Shown here one piece after another: positions 1-8,979 of a stretch of DNA of 64,000 nt. The stretch is from Longimicrobiales bacterium. GTDB taxonomy: Bacteria > Gemmatimonadota > Gemmatimonadetes > Longimicrobiales > Gaopeijiaceae. Made by a program: the position numbers and the translations under genes. The notes beneath the pieces were generated by a model that did not search any database, was not told where the DNA came from, and saw only the letters and a list, made by a program, of their open reading frames with translations. The DNA is taken from the NCBI GenBank assembly GCA_965248195.1, contig CBDFIQ010000002.1:1472001-1536000 (forward strand). Direction: 5' to 3'. Every line of letters starts with the position of its first letter. Positions within the stretch are counted from its first letter, which is position 1.

Positions 1-717
1 CAAGGTGACTCGGACAAACCTTCAGGCTATTCCTACGGGACGATGGAGCGTGCCGACCTGGTTGAGGCACTGTGGGAGGCTGAGGGCATCCAGTCGACTT
101 TCGTCGTGACTTTCGACTACTCGTCCTTGGTCGTACTGGAACTTCTCAGCCGCCAGGAGGAGCGACTAAACCAGGGCACCGACTCCGGCACCAAAATCGA
201 AGGTGTCTTGATGGCGAATGGAGGCTACTTCGCAGATGCACACAGCCACCCGTTGATGACAACGCCAGCTCTGAGATCACCGCTAGGGGGCATCGTCACT
301 TGGTTCGGTCAACGTTCCCGGTTTATATCCAGGCAGCTGCTCAAGTCGATGTTCTCCAAGGAGTACCGGTTGACCTCCGCGGAATTCAACGAGATTTACG
401 ACGCTATCAGCAGGCGCAACGGTTTCTCCTTCGTAAGCAGAGCGGCCGGGTTCGTTGCGGAGCACCGTGCCAAGTACAGCGAGCGGTGGGATCTACGTCG
501 CCTGTACCTCGCGTTGCAGGGATCGGTGTCGTTCCATGTCGTGGGCAGCGTAGGCGACATTTTTGAACCGAACCAGGTGGTCAAAGCCAGAGAACGATTA
601 GGTGACCATGGCCTGGATATCCGCATGCTGCCCGGCGGCCACATGATTACATCCGAACAGCCGGAGCAACTTGCCCGCATCATCGAAGAAGTAGGCCCAT
701 CGATCGCAACTGGATAA
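1..717 (+). CDS. alpha/beta-fold hydrolase (MEST/epoxide-hydrolase-like), 5' end outside window
   Basis: Frame 1 is open from base 1 (QGDSDKP..., a typical G-x-SDKP motif). FDYSS sits at the nucleophile elbow and GGHM..EQP provides the catalytic His region. Confidence 0.75.
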   Translation, partial: QGDSDKPSGYSYGTMERADLVEALWEAEGIQSTFVVTFDYSSLVVLELLSRQEERLNQGTDSGTKIEGVLMANGGYFADAHSHPLMTTPALRSPLGGIVTWFGQRSRFISRQLLKSMFSKEYRLTSAEFNEIYDAISRRNGFSFVSRAAGFVAEHRAKYSERWDLRRLYLALQGSVSFHVVGSVGDIFEPNQVVKARERLGDHGLDIRMLPGGHMITSEQPEQLARIIEEVGPSIATG

Positions 718-781
718 GGCCACGCCGCAGCTTGCCATCAGCTTGAACCTGCCGTAGACCGGCGTTGTTGTGAGCCTCGAG

Positions 782-815
782 AGCCCCGAGCGTCCCAGCG
801 GCGTTCGGGGCTTTG
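782..815 (+). terminator. probable intrinsic terminator
   Basis: AGCCCCGAGCG / CGTTCGGGGCT stem (one G-U pair) followed by a short T run, 65 bp after the hydrolase stop. Confidence 0.55.
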
Positions 816-995
816 TGGCTGTTTAGGTGAGGTCTCTCAACTCTTCCAGGTCGGGTTCCGGCTCCACCAAGGCCCGCAAGTACTTCCTACGCATCGCCAC
901 CCTGATCGGATAATCTTTACCCGCTACCCAGAAAAAAATGCCCAAAACAACGAACGAACCGGGGAAGAACGCCCGTGGTTACTGGGATGCCTACC

Positions 996-1010
996 TGGCA
1001 CGGATCTCGC
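996..1010 (+). promoter_or_regulatory. sigma54 (-24/-12) promoter of the first minor-pilin operon
   Basis: TGGCACGGATCTCGC gives GG-N10-GC with a consensus TGGCACG -24 box, about 45 bp upstream of the first pilin gene. An A-rich tract lies at 932-950. Confidence 0.75.
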
Positions 1011-1052
1011 GGAAAGTCCAGCGAGGCCCCCCCCATGGCCTAAGCGACCGAA

Positions 1053-1514
1053 ATGCAAATGGACAATCGACGGGCAGGTTTTTCAATCCTTGAACTCGTA
1101 GTGGTTCTCATGGTGGGGTCAGTCCTCACCAGCGTTGCCATCACGAGCTTCAACGGCGTCTCCGGGCGCTTCGCGACCAAGGGGGCACGGCAGGCCTTCA
1201 TGGCGATGAACGCTCGCGCCCGGGCACAAGCCGTGGAGTACGGGCGGACCGTGCGGTTGAACCTCGATCCAGTGGGTGACAGCGTATGGCTGAGTCGGGG
1301 TAATGAGGTCCTCGAGGTCCTGGACTTCCATGAGGAGTTCGACGTGGACATCCACACGTCGACCAACTCGGACCTGAGGGTTTGTATGAACGCTCGCGGC
1401 TTCGCCGACACGCGATGCAACAACTTCGCCTCTCCCGTGACCGTAACCTTCTTGCTCGCGTCGGACACCGCTTCGGTGCGCGTTCTTTCGCTTGGGCAGA
1501 TGGTGGCCAACTGA
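1053..1514 (+). CDS. type IV minor pilin, FimT/GspH-like
   Basis: Class III signal peptide RRAG|FSILELVVVLMV with E5, plus the ARAQAVEYGRTVRL motif typical of FimT/GspH. Confidence 0.85.
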   Translation: MQMDNRRAGFSILELVVVLMVGSVLTSVAITSFNGVSGRFATKGARQAFMAMNARARAQAVEYGRTVRLNLDPVGDSVWLSRGNEVLEVLDFHEEFDVDIHTSTNSDLRVCMNARGFADTRCNNFASPVTVTFLLASDTASVRVLSLGQMVAN

Positions 1515-1921
1515 TGTCCGGATCCAAAGCAGGAGATAATACCCGGGCCGAAGCCGGCTTCTCGTTCGTCGAGCTGGTCACCTCCCTCTTCGTACTCGCG
1601 TTCGGAGTGCTGGGGCTCGCCACGACGACGCTTTTTGTCACCCGCCAACTCACGCTGGCCGAGGTCACCACCGCGCGGGTCACCACTATCCAGAGCGTGA
1701 TGGAGCGCATCCGCGCGACCCCCTACGACTCGATCCGCGCGGGGGGAGATACCATCAGGTCGCTGGTGGTCTCCTGGACCCCGACCGTCGTCACCACCCA
1801 GACCCAGGTCGTCCGTATTGTGACCGTGGGTCCGGGTCTTGCCTCGATATCCGAGGGCCAGCCCCCCATGCTGTCGAATGAAATCGCGGACACGGTCAAC
1901 TACAAGGTGCTGAAACCATGA
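1514..1921 (+). CDS. type IV minor pilin, PilV-like
   Basis: AG|FSFVELVTSLFVLAFGVLGL. The ATG overlaps the upstream TGA (TGATG), so the 1382 start in the ORF track is too long. Confidence 0.85.
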   Translation: MSGSKAGDNTRAEAGFSFVELVTSLFVLAFGVLGLATTTLFVTRQLTLAEVTTARVTTIQSVMERIRATPYDSIRAGGDTIRSLVVSWTPTVVTTQTQVVRIVTVGPGLASISEGQPPMLSNEIADTVNYKVLKP

Positions 1922-2721
1922 AGACGGGTGACCGGCGCGGGTTCACCCTCTCGGAGCTGATGATCGTCGCCGTGCTCGGCGCCGTAGTGGTCGGCGCTAC
2001 CTATCAGATCATGCTCTCGAGTCAGAGAGCCCTGACGATCCAGACGGCGCAGGTTCAGGGTCAACAGACCGTGCGTGCAGGGCTCGACATCCTCTTCGCC
2101 GAACTCAGGGAGTTGAGCCGTGCCGAAGGCGACATCCTGACCATGAGCCCGGATCGGATCGAGGTCCGGGCCATGCGGGCCTTCGGCTTGGTGTGTGGCG
2201 TCGACCCGTCCGGCAGCCCCGTGCGCGTGCGGAAGATCGGGCGATTTTTCGTGGCCGGCGACTCCGTCATGGTCTTCGCCGACAACGATCCCGACATCGC
2301 GAGCGACGACACCATCCTTTCCGGGATGGTGGACAGCACCGTCGACACGACCCAGACGTGCTCGGGAGCAGACACTGCACAGTCGCTTTCGGTGGGCGCA
2401 TTGGCCACGGCGCTGGCGAACGACACGGTGCGGATCGGCGCTCCGGTACGAGGGTTCACGATCTACACCTACGGATTGTACTCGTTGGACGGTGACTACT
2501 ATCTGGCCCGGAGAGACGGCGCGACGACGGCGCGCCTGGTGGGGCCACTCTCCTCGAACGGAGTCTCGTTTATCTACAGGGACTCCTTCGGGAACGTCAC
2601 GACCAACCCCAGGGCCGTCTCACAGATCGACGTGACCCTTCGGTCGGAATCGGAGGTCCTGGACCCGCAGGGACGTCCCGTAGCCGACTCCCTTACGACT
2701 GCGATCTTTCTGCGGAACTGA
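1918..2721 (+). CDS. type IV minor pilin, PilW-like
   Basis: RRG|FTLSELMIV prepilin motif, C-terminal ...IFLRN, ATGA coupling to the upstream gene. Confidence 0.85.
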   Translation: MKTGDRRGFTLSELMIVAVLGAVVVGATYQIMLSSQRALTIQTAQVQGQQTVRAGLDILFAELRELSRAEGDILTMSPDRIEVRAMRAFGLVCGVDPSGSPVRVRKIGRFFVAGDSVMVFADNDPDIASDDTILSGMVDSTVDTTQTCSGADTAQSLSVGALATALANDTVRIGAPVRGFTIYTYGLYSLDGDYYLARRDGATTARLVGPLSSNGVSFIYRDSFGNVTTNPRAVSQIDVTLRSESEVLDPQGRPVADSLTTAIFLRN

Positions 2722-2758
2722 CGAATGACCGGGATCGGTCCCATTGAGGTAGGCTGAC

Positions 2759-3916
2759 ATGGAACAGAAAAGGCGGCGAGGTTTTGCCCTTCCCGTGGCG
2801 GTGTTCGCCCTGGTGATCGTGGGAGTGATCATGACCGGTGGGGTCTTCATAGCGCGCCAGGAGGGGCGCATCGGCGTAGCGAGTGAGCACGCCGGCCTGG
2901 CCTTCTATTTGACCGAGCAGGGCTTGGTGGAGCTCATGGACAACTGGAACGTCGATCGTTTCGGGGCGCTGCCCTCCTGGGGTGACACAACCGTTACCGA
3001 GGACTACCCGGGAGTCGGGAGCGTCACGACTCGCATCACCAGGATGACCGACTACCTGTATTTCGTGGACGCGGACGGAACGGTAACGAGGGGTGGCGCC
3101 ATGCTGTCGGGGGCATCAAGGCGTGTGGGCGTAACCATCCGCCGCGTGACGGCCGACATGGCGCCGCCAGCGGCGTTGGTGACTCGAGGGGCGACGACGC
3201 TGAGTGGCACGGCGGAAGTGCACGGGGAGGACGAAATTCCCAGCGGTTGGGGAAGCGTCTGCCTTGGTGGGTTGGAAGACAAGCCGGGGATCCTCACGGA
3301 CGACAGCAGCCAAGTCTCGACACAGGGCGCAGCAGAACTCACCGGATCTCCCCCGGTAGCTGAGGACACCACCATCGCGGACTCTACGTTCACGCAGTTC
3401 GGCGACCTGGAGTGGGATGAACTCACCGGCATGGCCGACATCATCCTCAGTGGAGGGAACATCAACAACACGGCCCCCGACAGCACTGCCGCTGGTGAGT
3501 GCAATGTGGGTCAGGCGTTCCCCAGCAACTGGGGCAATCCCGAGAACCCGGGGGCAGCCTGCTTCGACTGGTACCCCGTCATCTACGTCACCGGCAACGC
3601 CACAATTCAGTCCGGAGGCATGGGTCAGGGAGTCTTGCTCGTGGATGGAGACCTCGACCTGCGGGGTAACTTCCTCTTCCACGGCATCATCGTCGTGCAG
3701 GGGAACATGGAGACCCAGGGCTCAGGCAACCGGGTGTACGGTGGGGTCATGGCCAGCAACGCCAACTTCGATTCTCAGGCTTTCATAGGCGGATCCGTGG
3801 TCACGAATTCGACGTGCGCCGTGAGTCGGGCCCTTCTCAAAAACCCGAACCTCACCCGGGTCCGGCCCTTGGCATCCCGGAGTTGGGTCGATCTTTCGGC
3901 GATCTCGGAAAACTGA
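2759..3916 (+). CDS. PilX/GspK-like minor pilin with large C-terminal Gly-rich (beta-solenoid-like) domain
   Basis: RRG|FALPVAVFAL lacks E5, as in PilX. AFYLTEQG motif and repeated GxxxxxG strands (GVLLVDGDL, GIIVVQGN). Confidence 0.8.
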   Translation: MEQKRRRGFALPVAVFALVIVGVIMTGGVFIARQEGRIGVASEHAGLAFYLTEQGLVELMDNWNVDRFGALPSWGDTTVTEDYPGVGSVTTRITRMTDYLYFVDADGTVTRGGAMLSGASRRVGVTIRRVTADMAPPAALVTRGATTLSGTAEVHGEDEIPSGWGSVCLGGLEDKPGILTDDSSQVSTQGAAELTGSPPVAEDTTIADSTFTQFGDLEWDELTGMADIILSGGNINNTAPDSTAAGECNVGQAFPSNWGNPENPGAACFDWYPVIYVTGNATIQSGGMGQGVLLVDGDLDLRGNFLFHGIIVVQGNMETQGSGNRVYGGVMASNANFDSQAFIGGSVVTNSTCAVSRALLKNPNLTRVRPLASRSWVDLSAISEN

Positions 3917-4193
3917 CCTGCCACGGGCGGCGACGCAGGGGCCACGACGCAGTGGCGGCGACCGAAATCTTACTCAAATGTTTCCCAATGTTTTGGCCCC
4001 TTTCCACCTGAAAAATCTCTTGACAATGCTCGGGGTCCGGTGAATCGTGAATTAGGTGTTCGGTAAAGATATGTTTCCGTGCCCCGTCAGATGAGGGCCG
4101 AATGGTTCTCTCCGGCAGTGCACCGACGGCCCCCGACGTCGGACGGGAAATTGATGATCGCCGTGAGAGCGAGAATCGTTTGAGGGAGATGTT

Positions 4194-4634
4194 ATGTCCG
4201 CTTTGTCGCGAACGTTCTATGCAGCCGTTCTGATCTTGGGCGTCTTGTTGGACGCCATGATCCTCTACTTCCCGGTCCAAACGGTCCCACGCCTGGTCGT
4301 CGGCTTGCTCCTCGTTCCTATCATTCTCTGGGCCGGCATCCGTCTGGAAGTCAACGAGATGCTCCCCCAGAGACGTTGGGAGTCTCGGGGCAGGGTCTTT
4401 CGCGAGCTACGCTCCCAGGTCACGCTGCTCTTGGAACAGGTCCGACGGCTCAACTGGATCGCCGTGGACGCCGAGCGGGGGTTCCGGAACCAAGACGACG
4501 CGATGCGTGAAATGGACGAAATCGAGGACGAAATCAGGGAGATCATCACCGACGTCCGCCGGGCGGCAGGCAGGCCTGGCGCGGTGCCCGAGACGGACAT
4601 TGTCCGGGAACCTGAGCGGGAGAGCGTCGGGTAG
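4194..4634 (+). CDS. hypothetical membrane protein (2 TM helices + helical cytoplasmic domain)
   Basis: GGGAG RBS, two N-terminal hydrophobic stretches, coiled-coil-like C-terminus. Confidence 0.7.
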   Translation: MSALSRTFYAAVLILGVLLDAMILYFPVQTVPRLVVGLLLVPIILWAGIRLEVNEMLPQRRWESRGRVFRELRSQVTLLLEQVRRLNWIAVDAERGFRNQDDAMREMDEIEDEIREIITDVRRAAGRPGAVPETDIVREPERESVG

Positions 4635-4731
4635 CTCGAGCTGGAAGGTCACGCTTGCGTCCCCGGGTCCCACGCTGTATGGATCGACCACTGTCCGGTA
4701 TGTGAAGGTGCTCCCCGCGACCCGCATGCAC

Positions 4732-5133
4732 ATGGCCAACATATTGATCGTCGATGACGAAGAGGCGGACCGGCTTCTGGAGGGTAGGGTCATCGTGGAG
4801 GCCGGGCACACCCCCTTCTTCGCCGGCGACGGTGCAAGCGCGATGCAGATGTACAAAGAAAACGACATCGCGTTGGTGATCACGGATCTTCGGATGCCCA
4901 AGGTGGACGGGCTAAGCCTCATCCGAGGCATCATCTCGCACGATCCCTACGCCGCCATCATCGCGGTGTCCGCCCTGGCCCAACACCTCGACGCAGCCGA
5001 GGAATCCGGAGCGCTCGCGGGGATCGTCAAGCCGGTCACGCCGGAGGACCTCATCGAGACGGTGCAAGAAGTCCTGGAGAAGTTGCCACAGCGCCCCGCG
5101 GAGCCAACCGGAGAGGACCTTTTTGGGAGCTAG
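4732..5133 (+). CDS. single-domain response regulator (CheY-like)
   Basis: ILIVDDE, VITDLRMP (phospho-Asp), AVSA, IVKP. The start is refined to MANILIVDD. Confidence 0.9.
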   Translation: MANILIVDDEEADRLLEGRVIVEAGHTPFFAGDGASAMQMYKENDIALVITDLRMPKVDGLSLIRGIISHDPYAAIIAVSALAQHLDAAEESGALAGIVKPVTPEDLIETVQEVLEKLPQRPAEPTGEDLFGS

Positions 5134-5140
5134 CGGTAGC

Positions 5141-5989
5141 GTGAACTCTCGGCACCTTCTCATCTCCAACCCGCCGCATGGCGAAGTGGACGCGCTCGGG
5201 GCGGCGTCCCACTTCGGCCTCACCGCGGCCGAAGTGGGGATGAAGGCCAATTACGGCCTGCCCGAGATCTGGTTTGCGGCGGAGGACGAGGCGACCGTCC
5301 TGGACACCGCCGGCGCTCTCGAGGCGGCCGGGCTCAATACCGTTCTCGTCGCCGGGAAGGATCTCGTCGAGATTCCGGAGCAGAATCCGGTAGAGTCGTT
5401 CGCCTTCACCGACGAGGGGCTGCGGGTCGACCTCGACGATTCCGGATGGACCGTGGCTTATGACACGCCGGTCATCGTGGTATTCGGTCGGCCCAAGGTG
5501 GATGTGCAGGGTGCGAGGTCGCCCTCCGGTTCGGTTGCTTCCCAGCTTTCGCGCTGGGGCCGGGGGGTCCGTCGAGCAAGCCCGGATGCGGGCCTGCTCG
5601 AGCTCGGGGCCTCGCCGTTTCTCGACCTCTACGTGCCCTCTGACAGCGGGCCGCTCCGAATCTCGATCGTCCAAGAAATAACCGATTTCTCGTTGTTGCC
5701 GGAGAACTTGCCGCACGGGCTATCGGCCATGCCGAATCTGGTGGCCGAGTGCGAGAATCGATTCGAGAATGCGTACGTCGATCGCCGCCTGGTGGACATG
5801 ACGCTTCGAGGAATAGCGAGGGTGGTGACGGCCCCCCGCTCCCGCGAGCTTCCACGGAACGGATTCTCCTTCGCTACAGAGGCTCTGGCCGAGCTGCTCA
5901 GCTCCCTTTCCCCGGCTTTGAAGGACCTCCGCCAGGCGGACCTGTCATCGCAACTCGCGTATCTCACCACCCGCTCGCGGATCTCCTGA
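5141..5989 (+). CDS. hypothetical protein
   Basis: Long ORF with coding-like composition, GGGAG RBS and GTG start right after the regulator. No family recognised. Confidence 0.65.
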   Translation: MNSRHLLISNPPHGEVDALGAASHFGLTAAEVGMKANYGLPEIWFAAEDEATVLDTAGALEAAGLNTVLVAGKDLVEIPEQNPVESFAFTDEGLRVDLDDSGWTVAYDTPVIVVFGRPKVDVQGARSPSGSVASQLSRWGRGVRRASPDAGLLELGASPFLDLYVPSDSGPLRISIVQEITDFSLLPENLPHGLSAMPNLVAECENRFENAYVDRRLVDMTLRGIARVVTAPRSRELPRNGFSFATEALAELLSSLSPALKDLRQADLSSQLAYLTTRSRIS

Positions 5990-6023
5990 GGCACTCCCCC
6001 CCAAGGCGAGCTCCTGCCAGGGG

Positions 6024-6419
6024 CTATTCTCCCACCGTAGTAGGTTGGACGGCCTCGGACTTTCGTGCCGTATCGATCACCGTCTCGACCTGAGCCGGAA
6101 CCTTGTCCTTGATCGACTCGAACGCGTCGTCGTCTCCCCGGACGGCCGCGTCGTGTAGCTCCCTCGCGAGATCGACGAATTTGACCACCTCTCCCCGGAG
6201 CTCCGGATAACGGCGCTCATTCTTGACGAAGGGATGGGCTGCGAACCAGACCGCGAGCAAAAGGCAGAAGAGCCCGGCGGTTACGCCGAGGATTCGGCGA
6301 AAGTCGTCTTCGGCGAAGAAGAAACCTGCGCTGCCCATCGAGATCACCATTCCAGCCACACTGGCGAACAGCGGCGCCCGACCGGCCAGTTTTCGCGAAA
6401 AGGAGGTGTCGGGTGTCAT
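6024..6419 (-). CDS. hypothetical membrane protein, distant paralog of 4194..4634
   Basis: Two TM helices followed by RRYPELRGEV..LARELHDAAV, matching RVFRELRSQV..QVRRLNWIAV in 4194..4634. Confidence 0.65.
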   Translation of the reverse strand: MTPDTSFSRKLAGRAPLFASVAGMVISMGSAGFFFAEDDFRRILGVTAGLFCLLLAVWFAAHPFVKNERRYPELRGEVVKFVDLARELHDAAVRGDDDAFESIKDKVPAQVETVIDTARKSEAVQPTTVGE

Positions 6420-6584
6420 TCCATCTTCCTGTAGCGGTCTCGTGTGATCCTCTTGGACGGGTACGGCGTCCTGGACGGTACGCGTCCTTCTCACTCGACC
6501 GACGATAGACCTCGGCGGGGCTTCCGACAAGTTGGCTCATCGAGGACTGCCGCCACCGACACTTTCGTGGCCGTCACCCACGGG

Positions 6585-6685
6585 CTGCTGGGATCCTCGT
6601 CTCCGGATCTCAGGGACATCTCCCAGCCCGACCTCTCGTCGCGACTCGCGTATCTCACGAGTCGAGCGCGGATCGCCTGAGGCAC
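6585..6685 (+). pseudogene. 3'-end remnant of a paralog of the 5141..5989 gene
   Basis: Encodes LLGSSSPDLRDISQPDLSSRLAYLTSRARIA* versus LLSSLSPALKDLRQADLSSQLAYLTTRSRIS*. Both end in TGAGGCAC, about 74% nt identity by hand count. Confidence 0.75.
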
Positions 6686-6749
6686 ACCCTCCTGAGGCGC
6701 ATTCGTGCAAGGGACCGGGATTTGGCGCGAGGGCCAAGCGGGGAGCCCG

Positions 6750-7897
6750 CTACCAGATGTGGCTCCACATTCGTCCGGGGATGAGGTTCGGGTCGGTGTC
6801 CCCCAAGATTCCACCGCACTGGAACGTCAGCTTAAATTCCCCGTCGATTTCGCTGTTGTCGGTGATTTGAAGGCTCCCGGGGGGGTCGGGGTTGTCCCTG
6901 CATACCAGCTGGCCGTATATCACCGGTTTTCCGTTGATCACGCACTGGGAGCCCGCGTAGATCAGCCCTTCCATGGTGTCATGACCGCCTGATGGGTCGC
7001 CGTTTATCTTGATGTCTCCGGCGGCCAGGATCATGATGCTGTCCGGGTGGGCCGGCTCCATATAGGGATTCCCGTTGAGCCCGACCGACCCGGCCGCCAG
7101 GAAGGTGACCTCGGCGGGATTGCCGGGCACACCGATATCGTGCCCGATCTGCACGTTGCCGTCGACGCAGTAGGTCCCCTCTACAATGGTCTCGGAGTCC
7201 GTTTCCCAGATGTTGCCAACCCCCAGTTCTTGTCGCCTTCGCTGAAATCGAAGCTTTCCGAGGTCGCGACAATGAGCCCCTGGCCGGTGTTGTTGAAGAT
7301 GATGTCGGCGTCATCACAGTAATCCATGGGGTCGAGGTCAGGGACGATTTTCTCCTGCGCGCCTGTCTCGACGGTGATGGGATTCCCCAGCGTGTCCGTC
7401 GGAACACCGCCCCCCGTCCGGATGCCCGACGTGCTCAGATCTCCTGACATGACGGGATTTCCACCCACTTGGAGATCACCGTTCGTGTGGATGGATCCGC
7501 ACAGGCCGGTGACCGTGGCATCCCCGTTGATGCCGAAGTCCCCCTGGACCGCCATCGCCGCCTGGACGATGATCGGTCCCTCAAAGATGACGCTGATTCG
7601 CTGCGTTGCGCCCTGGAGCCCCGGGGTCCGTCCCGTGGATTCGAGGCTGTAGAGTTTCTGGTCCCCGTCACCGCCGTCGATTCTGCGGTACACCACCTGA
7701 AAGCCGCAGCGGTTCTCGATCGTCGTCCACGATGCCACGAGACTATCTCCGAGGGCCGAGAGCAGCTCGTCCCTGGAGGCCTGGAGCGCCGCCACGCCCA
7801 TCACGCCGAGCATGACCAGCACGGAGAGCACGATGGGCAGGGTGAATCCAGCGTCGCATGTGGGGCGACCGGTCGCACGGTCCGTCTTGGTATACAT
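6750..7897 (-). pseudogene. PilX-like minor pilin, copy 3, with in-frame deletion and frameshift
   Basis: 7181..7897 and 6750..7154 are the N- and C-terminal halves of a paralog of 8973..10229. About 35 codons are missing at ~7753, and a frameshift near 7220 hides GNIWETDSETIVEGTYCVDG in another frame. Confidence 0.85.
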
Positions 7898-7913
7898 TTT
7901 CTAACTCCCAATC

Positions 7914-8756
7914 CTAGTTGTTGCGCATGCTGATTCTGAAACGGAGCGTGTCCGCGAGGTTACCCGAGCCCACGTAGTTGGACATGTCCTCACGGCTCTC
8001 AGCCTTGAGGAGGACCTCGATACTGGCGACGTCGGCCGGTGTGGCGGTCACAGCCCCGCTCGCGTCGTAGTAATGGAAGACCAACCCGCTGTCGGCGGGA
8101 CTCAGGAGCGGGCCGGCCAGCCGCTCCGGAGTGGTGGCCCCCGAGATCCTCTGCACCAGCCAGTACCTCCCATCCACATCCTCGAGACTGAACCGGACCG
8201 GGTGGAAGGCGCGGATGGGCGCGCCCACCATGAGGCTGTCGAGGAAAGGGTCCGAGCCGCCGAAGTTGAGAGCGACCTGGGGGTTGGGCGCGTTGGTCGT
8301 GTCGCCCCAGAAACAGTCGGGAGCGTTGGCTGCCAAACCCGTCGGGCTGGCGTCCACAGAGTCTAGCGGGGGCGTGAGGCCCCAACTCTCGGCGTCCATG
8401 TTGTAGGCCAGCACGCTGTCGGATGTGACGAACTGTCCCGAGACATCATAGATGCCAAACCATTGCGCATTCATGGAACAGACGATCCCGGCGGCGTGGA
8501 CCGCCCTCAGGGTTATGCTGTTGGTCCCGATCGCCGTCACGTCGCCGCCCGTGGCGGACGCCTCCTGGAAGGCCCACGACAGCATGCCGGCCCCCGTACG
8601 TAGGCTCACCTGAGTCTCGAGCTTGGCGCCTTGCACGGTAAAGAGCGCTATCTGGGAGGTGAGGATCGTGAACGCCGCGGCCATGAGCACACCGGCCACC
8701 ACCATCGTGATCAGCAGCTCCACTAAGGTGAATCCTGCTCGGTCTGCGGAGATCAC
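7914..8756 (-). CDS. PilW-like minor pilin, copy 2
   Basis: AG|FTLVELLITMVV. Close paralog of 10252..11169; its original 5' leader is shifted out of frame by a 1-nt loss. Confidence 0.8.
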   Translation of the reverse strand: MISADRAGFTLVELLITMVVAGVLMAAAFTILTSQIALFTVQGAKLETQVSLRTGAGMLSWAFQEASATGGDVTAIGTNSITLRAVHAAGIVCSMNAQWFGIYDVSGQFVTSDSVLAYNMDAESWGLTPPLDSVDASPTGLAANAPDCFWGDTTNAPNPQVALNFGGSDPFLDSLMVGAPIRAFHPVRFSLEDVDGRYWLVQRISGATTPERLAGPLLSPADSGLVFHYYDASGAVTATPADVASIEVLLKAESREDMSNYVGSGNLADTLRFRISMRNN

Positions 8757-8805
8757 ACCACGCCTCGGCGGGCACTCATTTCGTTCCCAAGTCTGAGAAT
8801 ACTCA

Positions 8806-8979
8806 TTAGAAGGCCAGGTTCGAGCTGTTCACGGCCGTGGCCGAGAGGAACTCGTCCCTGGAGGCCTGGAGCGCCGCGACGCCCATCGCGCCGAGCATGA
8901 CCATCGCGGTGAGCACGATGGGCAGCGTGAACCCCGCGTCGTTGCCGCGCACGCCCCCACCGGGGCTCTCGCTCACCAT
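8806..8979 (-). pseudogene. truncated PilX-like N-terminal fragment (copy 2)
   Basis: AG|FTLPIVLTAMVMLG...SRDEFLSATAVNSSNLAF* stops exactly where the sequence switches to a copy of the pilW start (ATGAGTATTCTCAGACTTGGG). Confidence 0.85.

Noticed and set aside
852..869. Complete tRNA gene
   Set aside because: Only a 3'-end-like fragment is present; no cloverleaf can be built upstream.
4020..4055. sigma70 promoter at TTGACA
   Set aside because: The -35 is perfect but there is no convincing -10 at 16-18 bp, so it was not called.
5894..6685. Diversity-generating retroelement TR/VR pair (3'-end repeat of a gene)
   Set aside because: The mismatches are not adenine-specific and many are synonymous, and there is no reverse transcriptase in the window.
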